A DNA stretch of 64,000 nt from an uncultured Gammaproteobacteria bacterium (GTDB taxonomy: Bacteria; Patescibacteriota; Microgenomatia; Levybacterales; UBA12049). The DNA is taken from positions 142,530 through 206,529 of the forward strand of contig CAYYSJ010000001.1 in the NCBI GenBank assembly GCA_964474445.1, given 5' to 3'. The position numbers were made by a program, and so were the translations under genes. Each line of letters begins with the position of its first letter. The stretch's first letter is position 1. Shown in pieces: positions 20,212 through 28,120 of this stretch. The notes under the pieces are model-generated. The model worked only from the letters and a program-made list of their open reading frames with translations. It ran no database searches and was not told the origin of the DNA.

Positions 20212-21006
20212 ATGATACGACCTGATTCACCTACTCCTGTTAAAATTGACCAAACAAATGCCGAGCTTCAACGTGCTCGAGAGCGAGAAGCTGCTGTAAG
20301 TACATTGATTGGTGTTGGGTCTGCACTCTTACCAGATGCAGCAGCAGTCGCATTTAGTGTTGCAGAAACAGTACATCCTGTTGCAACCTTGATCGGTATC
20401 ACTGGAAGAACAATTAACGGAAGAGTAAGAAAACCTCATGAAGTAAAGTTTAGTCCTCTGGAACGCGCAATACTCCGAGTTGAAGATGTCTTTTTGGGAG
20501 ATAAGGCTATGCAAAGACGTTTAAGGCGTTGGCAAGAAAAGGAATTTAGAAAGTTGAATAGACAAGAAAAAGCAAGTAAAAGAAGACTAGCAATAAACAA
20601 ATTTATGGTAAGAGTTGGCTATCCCATTGAAGTTGCTGTGCCTACAGCCTATGCATATCTTTCACGTGTTCCTCACGCCGCGGGTGAAAATGCTATTCAG
20701 GCGGCACGAGATGTCCTCCAGCAAGTTTTGCAATTCAACGCAAATAATCCCCTTCTTAATGTTCAGCCAAATGTCCCAGTACTTGTTGCAGGTGCAATAA
20801 GTGGCGCTGCCGCAATAGCAGCTGGTGCGTTGCAAGGAAGGTCTGAAAGAAATTATCAGAGAATCGTTGCAAATGAACGTGTGGAAATTCCAGAAATTGC
20901 AGATCAATTTTGGGCTAATTATATTGCACCACAATCCCCGCAAGAAAGAGTCGTTGATGCGGCAAAAACTCGAGTCAGCAGATTAAGAAGACGACCAAGA
21001 GGATAA
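20212..21006 (+). CDS. Hypothetical protein with hydrophobic Ala/Gly helices and Arg-rich C-terminus
   Basis: 264-aa ORF after an AT-rich spacer. Confidence 0.65.
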   Translation: MIRPDSPTPVKIDQTNAELQRAREREAAVSTLIGVGSALLPDAAAVAFSVAETVHPVATLIGITGRTINGRVRKPHEVKFSPLERAILRVEDVFLGDKAMQRRLRRWQEKEFRKLNRQEKASKRRLAINKFMVRVGYPIEVAVPTAYAYLSRVPHAAGENAIQAARDVLQQVLQFNANNPLLNVQPNVPVLVAGAISGAAAIAAGALQGRSERNYQRIVANERVEIPEIADQFWANYIAPQSPQERVVDAAKTRVSRLRRRPRG

Positions 21007-21098
21007 TTCGTCAGCAATATCTCCATATTCTTTTGTTATTCTTGTCAATAGTATTCAAGCTTGATATAATCAGAACTAGTTTGTATTGTTTAAATTTT

Positions 21099-21170
21099 GG
21101 GTCCGTAGCTCAGCGGTAGAGCAGGAGCCTTTTAAGCTCTTGGTCCCGGGTTCGAATCCCGGCGGGCTCA
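21099..21170 (+). tRNA. tRNA-Lys(TTT)
   Basis: GGGTCCG/CGGGCTC acceptor, anticodon arm GGAGC-CT-TTT-AA-GCTCT, T-loop GTTCGAATC. Confidence 0.96.
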
Positions 21171-21320
21171 CAGAAGGTGGCAACTTGTTTGTCACAATCA
21201 AGAATAGCCTGGTACAACGGGCTAATCTGCTGGTTCGAACAATCTGGATAGCTCCAAGATATTCCAATAAGAAATATCGAACCAATAAACATACGTTTTG
21301 CTCAACATTAGACTCCTTGC

Positions 21321-22421
21321 CTAAGTAGCTCGTAATGCCTTTGGATTACTGAGAGAATAGCCAACCCCTGGAATGGTATGAATAATATTCCCAAATTTAT
21401 TTCGTTCTTTTCCTTCTAATCTTTTACGCAAGGCATGAATATGTGCTTTGGGATCAAGTGTTTCTGCTCGATCAAAATCGAACGCATTAGCAATATGATT
21501 GGGGGACAACACCTGTTTAGGATTGCGCATCAATATTTCAAGAATTCTTGCTTGGGTTATAGAGAGAGATATTGGTTGGTTTGGATGAGTAGGTGAAAAT
21601 GCAATTCTTGCATTAGGGAAAAATCTGAGAAATTGGCCATTTCCAAGATTAAATTCTAATACTGCGTCGAGCTGTTGTTCAGTGAATTGCGGCATTTCTT
21701 CTACTTTTGCAGGCTCTCCTCTTCTTCTTGTCATCTCTGTGATGATCAATGGATCGGATAAATCAAGCTCTTTAGATAGAGAGTATCCTTTTCGTGTAAA
21801 AGTATATATTAATTTTCTTTTTTCTGGATCTGTCGCCTCTCCCAATTTCTCTCGTAAGTGTCGAATATGTGCCTTCATAGTTTGCGATAAATCTGGGTCT
21901 TGTTGCCACAGATAAATATCTCTTTCGCTAATCGCTCTGTGAGGATTTTTTATAAGTTGTGTAAGGATTGCTGCTTCGGCAGTTGTTAAATGAATTGCCC
22001 TATTATTATTCAAAAGAGGAGAGTATGCTTGATTTCTTTCTGAGTCAAGAATGAGATCTCCATATGGTGTCTCATAGGTATTTAGTGAAAGGCTTTGCTC
22101 ATGAGAGACAGTCTTGGTACTTTTACCTTGCTCAAGAACTTGTACTACTTTTTGAGCCGAATGGGTAATGGCAAGGTGTTCTGATACTGCTTTTATATCG
22201 GTAAGTAGCACTTCAGAAAGATCTTGCGATAAATCATATGCAGCAGTTAAATATGCAACCAAAAGACCACGACGAGAAAAGGTAGGAAGTTGCCATGGTT
22301 TCGCTGACGGTTCTTCTTGTGGCAGCAAGATTTGTGTTTGAACAGCAATATCCGGAATAGATACTCTTGCAGGATTATCTTTTATTGCGACATGTGTTTG
22401 TGCAATGAATTGTTCATGCAT
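21321..22421 (-). CDS. Protein with two OmpR/PhoB-type winged-helix (Trans_reg_C) domains and no receiver domain
   Basis: LTTAEAAILTQLIKNPHR...KAHIRHLREKL...IYTFTRKGY and LSITQARILEILMRNPKQV...KAHIHALRKRL...IHTIPGVGY; start placed at ATG 22421. Confidence 0.8.
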   Translation of the reverse strand: MHEQFIAQTHVAIKDNPARVSIPDIAVQTQILLPQEEPSAKPWQLPTFSRRGLLVAYLTAAYDLSQDLSEVLLTDIKAVSEHLAITHSAQKVVQVLEQGKSTKTVSHEQSLSLNTYETPYGDLILDSERNQAYSPLLNNNRAIHLTTAEAAILTQLIKNPHRAISERDIYLWQQDPDLSQTMKAHIRHLREKLGEATDPEKRKLIYTFTRKGYSLSKELDLSDPLIITEMTRRRGEPAKVEEMPQFTEQQLDAVLEFNLGNGQFLRFFPNARIAFSPTHPNQPISLSITQARILEILMRNPKQVLSPNHIANAFDFDRAETLDPKAHIHALRKRLEGKERNKFGNIIHTIPGVGYSLSNPKALRAT

Positions 22422-22542
22422 ATTCAACCAAAGAAACAATATAATCTCTTTGTAAGTTGACAATAAAGAGTTAGTAAGAAATATTCTTATAAGATTGCTG
22501 CAAGGTTTATCTTCTTTTTGTTTGAAAACGAAAATAATAGTT

Positions 22543-23475
22543 TTACAGATGAGAAGGAATTGGACCTTCAAATTTGTGTGTATCCCACCCCGCAAGTTTT
22601 GCACTCTCTTCATACGAGGTTTGTAGAAAATCCATAACGACCTTATCCGGAAACTTTGCTGTTCGTACTGTTTCATACGGTAAAATACATTCTGATAGCT
22701 TTTCACTAAAAGATGCGGGGTTAGAAGCAAATTGTATTGTTTCCATCCCAGGCGGTGTTGGATAAATGTAGGAATAAAAGGCGGGTTGAGGATATTTTTC
22801 ATCACCTGGCCAAAAACCGCAGGAGAAATTTTCTTCATTTTCTGCAAATTCCATAATTCGCCCTCCATTTTTAGGAGGGGTTACTCTTTTTCCCGAATAG
22901 CGAGTTTGACTTAGATCAAAAGATCCCCAGAAAAATTGCACAGGACTATTTTTCCCATAAAATGGAGTACGAAAACGCTCGAAAATGGGATTAATTGTCG
23001 CTAAAATTTGGAAGAAGCGCGAAACATATACGCTGTCATAAGAAGCGTGAATTGTATCTTTTTCAAAACGAATGGGGTGTGATACTTCCGATGGTAGGGT
23101 ACTGATAGTTACCTGTATTCCAAGAGTGTGTAAAGCAGTCATAAACTCGTTATAAAACTCTGCTACAGCACGGGGTATTAATGCAATGCTTTTAACCTGA
23201 TTTGTTGATGTTCGAATCAAGAGATTGTGTGAAAGAAAATCAATATCAACCACAAATAACTCGTTATTATAGGGAATTTCACCAGTTGTTAGACCATAAG
23301 GAGTAACATATAAAGCAACTTCCCACCAGTGATTCATAAAAGGAGCAAGCTTGAGCTTGACCTTGCCTACTATTTGTATCCACATATGAAGAGTATCCAA
23401 TGTATCTTTCCATTCCTCATAAGGGAGCTCAGGCCAAAACTTGCTTTTCCTATTACCCGCGATATTTACTACCAC
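22543..23475 (-). CDS. DUF5996 family protein (Ava_C0101-like)
   Basis: WPELPYEEWKDT..TLH...QIVGKV, NHWW, SPVQFFWGSFDL, GFWPG, AFYSY; start uncertain (GTG 23475, 6 nt after TATTAT). Confidence 0.88.
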   Translation of the reverse strand: MVVNIAGNRKSKFWPELPYEEWKDTLDTLHMWIQIVGKVKLKLAPFMNHWWEVALYVTPYGLTTGEIPYNNELFVVDIDFLSHNLLIRTSTNQVKSIALIPRAVAEFYNEFMTALHTLGIQVTISTLPSEVSHPIRFEKDTIHASYDSVYVSRFFQILATINPIFERFRTPFYGKNSPVQFFWGSFDLSQTRYSGKRVTPPKNGGRIMEFAENEENFSCGFWPGDEKYPQPAFYSYIYPTPPGMETIQFASNPASFSEKLSECILPYETVRTAKFPDKVVMDFLQTSYEESAKLAGWDTHKFEGPIPSHL

Positions 23476-23663
23476 ATATGTATAATAGCGTTTCTCTACG
23501 ATAAATGTATAAAAATCTTGTCTAAGTCTTACCAGAATATCAAACATTAATTTCTTGACAACCATTTCCTCTTCAAGATATTCTTACACTGCACTAACAG
23601 AGATTATTTACAATCACACAAGAGAGTACTAAAACGTTTTATACAAGGAAAGGGGGTGAGTCT

Positions 23664-24341
23664 ATGAATGGTAATGTGTCAGTAAATACTATTGGCCAGT
23701 CAATTGTTATGGCCCTGAATAATGGTATTGCTGCAGTCGTTAACTTTGTTCCGAAATTTATTGCAGGACTTATTATTCTTCTTATTGGTATCGTCATCGC
23801 ATCTTTAGTAAAAAAGCTGGTACAAGAAGCATTTCGAGTACTGCGTTTTGAAGCACTGTTAAAACGATATGGTTTCCCTGAATCTAGAGGAGAGCTTGCT
23901 TGGTCAAATATTTTAGCTGAAATAGTAAGATGGTTTGTCATTGTACTTTTTCTTATTCCCACAGCTGATGTCTGGGGACTTCCACAAATTGTTACAGTCC
24001 TCAACACATTCCTTTTGTACTTGCCAAATGTTTTTGTTGCAGCAATTATTGCAATGATTGGGATCGTTTTTGCAAGGCTTTCTCATGATGTCATTTTGGC
24101 ATCCATTAAAGGTGTTTCTAAAGATACAGCACAAACAATAGCATCCATTGCACGATGGGCAATTATTGTCTTTGTCTTTTTGGCAGTCCTTAACCAACTT
24201 GGAGTTGCTGCTGAACTTGTGAGAATTCTGTTCACAGGATTTGTTGCCATGGTTGCAATAGCAGGGGGAATTGCATTTGGTCTTGGAGGTCAAGAGAGTG
24301 CAAGAGGACTATTAGAGCAGATTCGGAGAAGACTTAAGTAA
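23664..24341 (+). CDS. CmpX-like/mechanosensitive-channel TM-helix membrane protein
   Basis: Repeated TM_helix units (FVPKFIAGLIIL; YLPNVFVAAII), IAFGLGG; strong SD GGGGGTGA. Confidence 0.85.
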   Translation: MNGNVSVNTIGQSIVMALNNGIAAVVNFVPKFIAGLIILLIGIVIASLVKKLVQEAFRVLRFEALLKRYGFPESRGELAWSNILAEIVRWFVIVLFLIPTADVWGLPQIVTVLNTFLLYLPNVFVAAIIAMIGIVFARLSHDVILASIKGVSKDTAQTIASIARWAIIVFVFLAVLNQLGVAAELVRILFTGFVAMVAIAGGIAFGLGGQESARGLLEQIRRRLK

Positions 24342-24397
24342 GCTTGATTCTATTGGCAAAACCCCAATTTTACGGTATAATGAATACTGTTACTTGC

Positions 24398-24474
24398 GGG
24401 GCGTTCGTCTAGTGGCCTAGGACATCGGGTTTTCAGCCCGAGAATCAGGGGTTCGACTCCCCTACGCCCTACCA
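24398..24474 (+). tRNA. tRNA-Glu(TTC)
   Basis: GGGGCGT/ACGCCCT acceptor, anticodon arm TCGGG-TT-TTC-AG-CCCGA, encoded CCA. Confidence 0.96.
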
Positions 24475-24557
24475 AGAAACAATTACAAACCACTCCTTTA
24501 AAAAATTTGGATTCCTTCATATTCTTTTCATTTCCATTGCTATAATAGATATACCTT

Positions 24558-25010
24558 ATGAAGAAATACCTTATTCTTTGTACTGTCATACTTCTTGTCA
24601 TCCTTACAGGCGTATGGGTAATTGGACATTCTCAAAAGGTAAATCTTCCCCACTTGAATGGTGGGAATATTGTCCCAAAAACCACCGTCTCAGAACCAAC
24701 TCGAACTTCATCTCCTAGTCCAACGAGTAAAAAAATAGTTTCTGTTACTGTAACCCTTACACCAACAGGATTTTCCCCACAAATCATTACTATTACTCCT
24801 GGTACAAAAGTTATTTGGATAAATAAAAGTGGTGTTGAAGCAACAGTTAATTCAGATCCTCACCCAACTCATACTGCCTATCCTCCACTGAACCTTGGAA
24901 AATTTGGAAAGAGTAACGTGCTATCATTGATATTTCCAACAGCTGGACGTTTTGGGTACCATAATCATTTTGATGCTACCCAAACAGGCACAATTATTGT
25001 TTCAAACTAA
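24558..25010 (+). CDS. Membrane-anchored cupredoxin-fold protein
   Basis: GFSPQIITITPGTKVIWIN...YHNH...GTIIV. Confidence 0.8.
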   Translation: MKKYLILCTVILLVILTGVWVIGHSQKVNLPHLNGGNIVPKTTVSEPTRTSSPSPTSKKIVSVTVTLTPTGFSPQIITITPGTKVIWINKSGVEATVNSDPHPTHTAYPPLNLGKFGKSNVLSLIFPTAGRFGYHNHFDATQTGTIIVSN

Positions 25011-27634
25011 TTGACAGTAGCAGGATAGCTTGTTATATTCTGTGTCCCACCAAATACTGCATTTTGAGGCAATTGATACAAGTCATGGAATAGTGTTGCC
25101 CAGACATCCCGTTCATCTACTTTTACATCAGACCAGTTATATTTATCTGTACTTGGTGTAAGACTTCCAATCATCTCTGGCCACGAAAGGACATTACTTA
25201 AAACAACCATTCCTCCTCCAATCCCATGGTCAGTCCCCTTTCCACCGTTTACCTTATTTGTTCTGCCAAATTCTGAAAAAACAACAATTGCTACTTTTCT
25301 TTTATCTTTTTCATCATTGTAGAATTGGGTAAGATTGTCAAAAAGTTCTTTTATTTGTTTTTCAAAAACGAGACCTTCATTGACATGGGTATCATATCCG
25401 TTATCAGCATAGAGGTAATAGGTGTTCCCAACATGGTTAGCAATAAGCTGTTCCAGAAATGATAACTGCGTTGTATTGGTATTGCCAGGAGTCCCTTTCC
25501 CTCCATTTGCGACGTTTTGTTTTGCAAGGCTATCTAGTAAAAGCGCTTGGTTATAGTAGCTTGCGATAAGCGATGGGAATTGTCTTTGAGAAAAGGTAGA
25601 GATAAGAGTTTGTCCAACATTCTCTCCTGTGTTTCCTTTTTTCTTTTGTTGGAATAGTTCAAGGTTTGCAGATCCTATTTGTAAACTTTGTTGCCCTTTC
25701 AACATAATGGGAGGAGTATTTGTAAACGAAATGAGTTGTACTGAAGAGTTAGCAACGGCAAGTTGTGCAAGAATACCATTCCCATTTGAGAGAAGACCTG
25801 TTTCCATTTGCTTGGATGCAACATCATGTGCACGTGATTGATTCGGTAATCCAACACCTGAGATAAGGAATGCTTCTTTTTTTTGAAGGAGTGAAAGCAA
25901 ACTTTGGGCTGCATTATTTAACACATATCCATTACCTAAAGAAGTGCTATTTGCAGGGGTAAGCGCCATCTCTTTCCGGTTGGAATAATAGGAAGGGTCT
26001 TGTGTGTTCGCGACAAGTTGCTGGTAATCATATCCTCCTTTAATCCGTACAACAACAAGAATGGGACTATCACTTGTATTTTGTGACTTTGATACTCTTG
26101 GAAGAGAAGCACTTTGCGTATTGCCACTGACTGTTAAAAATTCAGGTTGTGCAAATAGTAATTCCAGAAGACCTGCAAATGTCTGTTGTTGTGTCTTTTG
26201 AGAGGTACGAGAGAGGAATTCAGCAAGTTTACCCTGTACACGTTGTGGAAGAGGAGAAGAGAGTGAAAGTTTTTGGGAAAGTATACTAACTGTTTGTGAA
26301 GTATATCCTCCTACATTGTTTTGCAGCATCTTTAGTGCCCGCATATTTTGTCCTACTATTCCTTGTGCATCGCCAATCCATTTATTGACAATCGTACCAG
26401 AGTAAAACAGAGAATTACTATTAAACCCATCTCTTCCAAAAATACTTCCAGGTCTATATGGTTGAAAATCAAGATCTGTAAGAATAGATGCAGAAGGAAT
26501 CACACTGTAGTTATTTCTTCCAAAGAGTGTTGTATAGAATGAGGTAACAAGTTGCGGTGGAGATTTAAAACGTTCCTGTTGCATATAGAGGGGGTTATAC
26601 ATGATATCTGATGAGAGAAGTTCTTTCACGGTTGGAAGAATCTCGAAGTTATTTTTTTCTACTAATGAGGCAACTGCGATAACGTCATTATCTAAAGGCG
26701 TATCACTGACATAATAGTGAAGTAATTTACTTGCTAAGAATTCAGCCATTTCATGTTTTTTCTTTTGTTCAATATAGCTGATCACATGAATCGGATCGTT
26801 AAACTGGTCTCCTAAAAATTCTTTTTGGCCTGCATAATGGTCCCGTGGATCAAAGTATATTGTTCGTGCTTGTTTATCCACCTTATATCCTGTCAGTATA
26901 TAGGCAAGCGCATTGACATCTGCGTCAGAATAATTCGAATGTGACTGTGTTTTATCAAGTGGGGTATACGGACCAATAAGGAAAAGCTGCATTAATTCTC
27001 TAGCAAAATTTTCATTTGGGTCATTTTTAGGAGAATTTGTTAAATCCAAATATCTTGCCATTGCATAGTTATTCCTCACATCCTCAACCATCTGAGGATA
27101 ATTCCCGTATGCATCGGCATAAATCGTATTATCAAGCTTTTTTACATCATCGTATAAAATACCATCATCCGCTTCTGATCCATCAACTGAGAAAATATTC
27201 TCCCAGAGATAGTAGAGCATTCTTCGAGCTCTATCGGGATCATGAATCATTTGATAGGTATACTCAACATTGTTAAATTGAATCTCATTTTTGTAGGTAT
27301 CTTTCTTATTTTGTAAATCTGCTAGTCCTTGCTGGTAGGCTTGTTCTTCAGTTTGGGACACGGGAGCAAAAAGCATATCAACTGCACTCCTTGCAGATGT
27401 TGCCCTGCTGAGTTTTTGTATATCATTAGGAATTGGATCAAGTAATACACGGTGGGCAAGATATACTGCCTTGTCCTGAGTCCATTGTTTTGCTAAAAGA
27501 TTCTTTGCAATGATAAAACTTGTTGGAATAAGCAAAAGTAAGAACAGAAATGCAAGGGAAAGGAGTTTCCATTGATCTACCAGAAGGATTTTTATATTCT
27601 GCACCCACATTTCCCCACGAGGAAAAATTGCCAT
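25007..27634 (-). CDS. DUF1800-DUF1501 fusion protein with N-terminal TM
   Basis: N-half YLD...PNENFARELMQLF.IG, AYILTGY, RFKSP (DUF1800); C-half LVVV..KGG.D, RAH, GYDTH, FSEFGRT..NG..GTDHG (DUF1501). Confidence 0.85.
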   Translation of the reverse strand: MAIFPRGEMWVQNIKILLVDQWKLLSLAFLFLLLLIPTSFIIAKNLLAKQWTQDKAVYLAHRVLLDPIPNDIQKLSRATSARSAVDMLFAPVSQTEEQAYQQGLADLQNKKDTYKNEIQFNNVEYTYQMIHDPDRARRMLYYLWENIFSVDGSEADDGILYDDVKKLDNTIYADAYGNYPQMVEDVRNNYAMARYLDLTNSPKNDPNENFARELMQLFLIGPYTPLDKTQSHSNYSDADVNALAYILTGYKVDKQARTIYFDPRDHYAGQKEFLGDQFNDPIHVISYIEQKKKHEMAEFLASKLLHYYVSDTPLDNDVIAVASLVEKNNFEILPTVKELLSSDIMYNPLYMQQERFKSPPQLVTSFYTTLFGRNNYSVIPSASILTDLDFQPYRPGSIFGRDGFNSNSLFYSGTIVNKWIGDAQGIVGQNMRALKMLQNNVGGYTSQTVSILSQKLSLSSPLPQRVQGKLAEFLSRTSQKTQQQTFAGLLELLFAQPEFLTVSGNTQSASLPRVSKSQNTSDSPILVVVRIKGGYDYQQLVANTQDPSYYSNRKEMALTPANSTSLGNGYVLNNAAQSLLSLLQKKEAFLISGVGLPNQSRAHDVASKQMETGLLSNGNGILAQLAVANSSVQLISFTNTPPIMLKGQQSLQIGSANLELFQQKKKGNTGENVGQTLISTFSQRQFPSLIASYYNQALLLDSLAKQNVANGGKGTPGNTNTTQLSFLEQLIANHVGNTYYLYADNGYDTHVNEGLVFEKQIKELFDNLTQFYNDEKDKRKVAIVVFSEFGRTNKVNGGKGTDHGIGGGMVVLSNVLSWPEMIGSLTPSTDKYNWSDVKVDERDVWATLFHDLYQLPQNAVFGGTQNITSYPATVN

Positions 27635-27676
27635 ACTCTATTATTGTAATAACTCAGATGAATTGTAAATGAAGAA

Positions 27677-27964
27677 CTACGAAGTGAAGTCTTTATTTTT
27701 TGGAGACGTAGTACGGTTAGCTTTTCGTGCTGTATCGTATGCTTCTTTTTTTACACGTAACTCTTCTTTTCGTTTTGCTTCGTCTTGGTATCCTTTTTCA
27801 AATTTAGACTGACACTCTTCATTACTACAAACGATTTGTTGATGTTTTACCTCCACTGTGCCGCTAAAATTCTGAACCGTTTCAGTCCACGTTCTTCCTA
27901 TCATTCTTTTGCTGCCGCATCGTTCGCAAGGTTTGTCTAAATATGCAATATTCATAATTTTCAT
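27677..27964 (-). CDS. Small Zn-ribbon protein (CERC...CSNEEC) with basic helical tail
   Basis: Four Cys in two pairs; SD AAGAGGT 7 nt before ATG 27964. Confidence 0.7.
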   Translation of the reverse strand: MKIMNIAYLDKPCERCGSKRMIGRTWTETVQNFSGTVEVKHQQIVCSNEECQSKFEKGYQDEAKRKEELRVKKEAYDTARKANRTTSPKNKDFTS

Positions 27965-28120
27965 GTGCAAGACCTCTTTTTCTTGCCATTTTCTGCGGAT
28001 CTATTCTTTCTACAAAGAGGTTAAAGAGCAATATACTTCTAAATCCAGATACGTCGTCGTGTCTTAAAATTGAAGTGATATTATTATACTACATAGGAGC
28101 AACTTTGTACATTTTCAAAG

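Noticed and set aside
21076-21328. ORFs overlapping tRNA genes (also 24350..24601 and 56970..57272)
   Set aside because: They are translations of the tRNA sequences.
22422-22868. N-terminal extension of the 515-aa ORF 21321..22868
   Set aside because: It overlaps the DUF5996 gene in another frame and looks like non-coding translation; ATG 22421 is the more plausible start.
2176-24474. tRNA-anchored integrative element
   Set aside because: Orphans flank the tRNAs, but I saw no integrase, transposase or duplicated tRNA 3' end.
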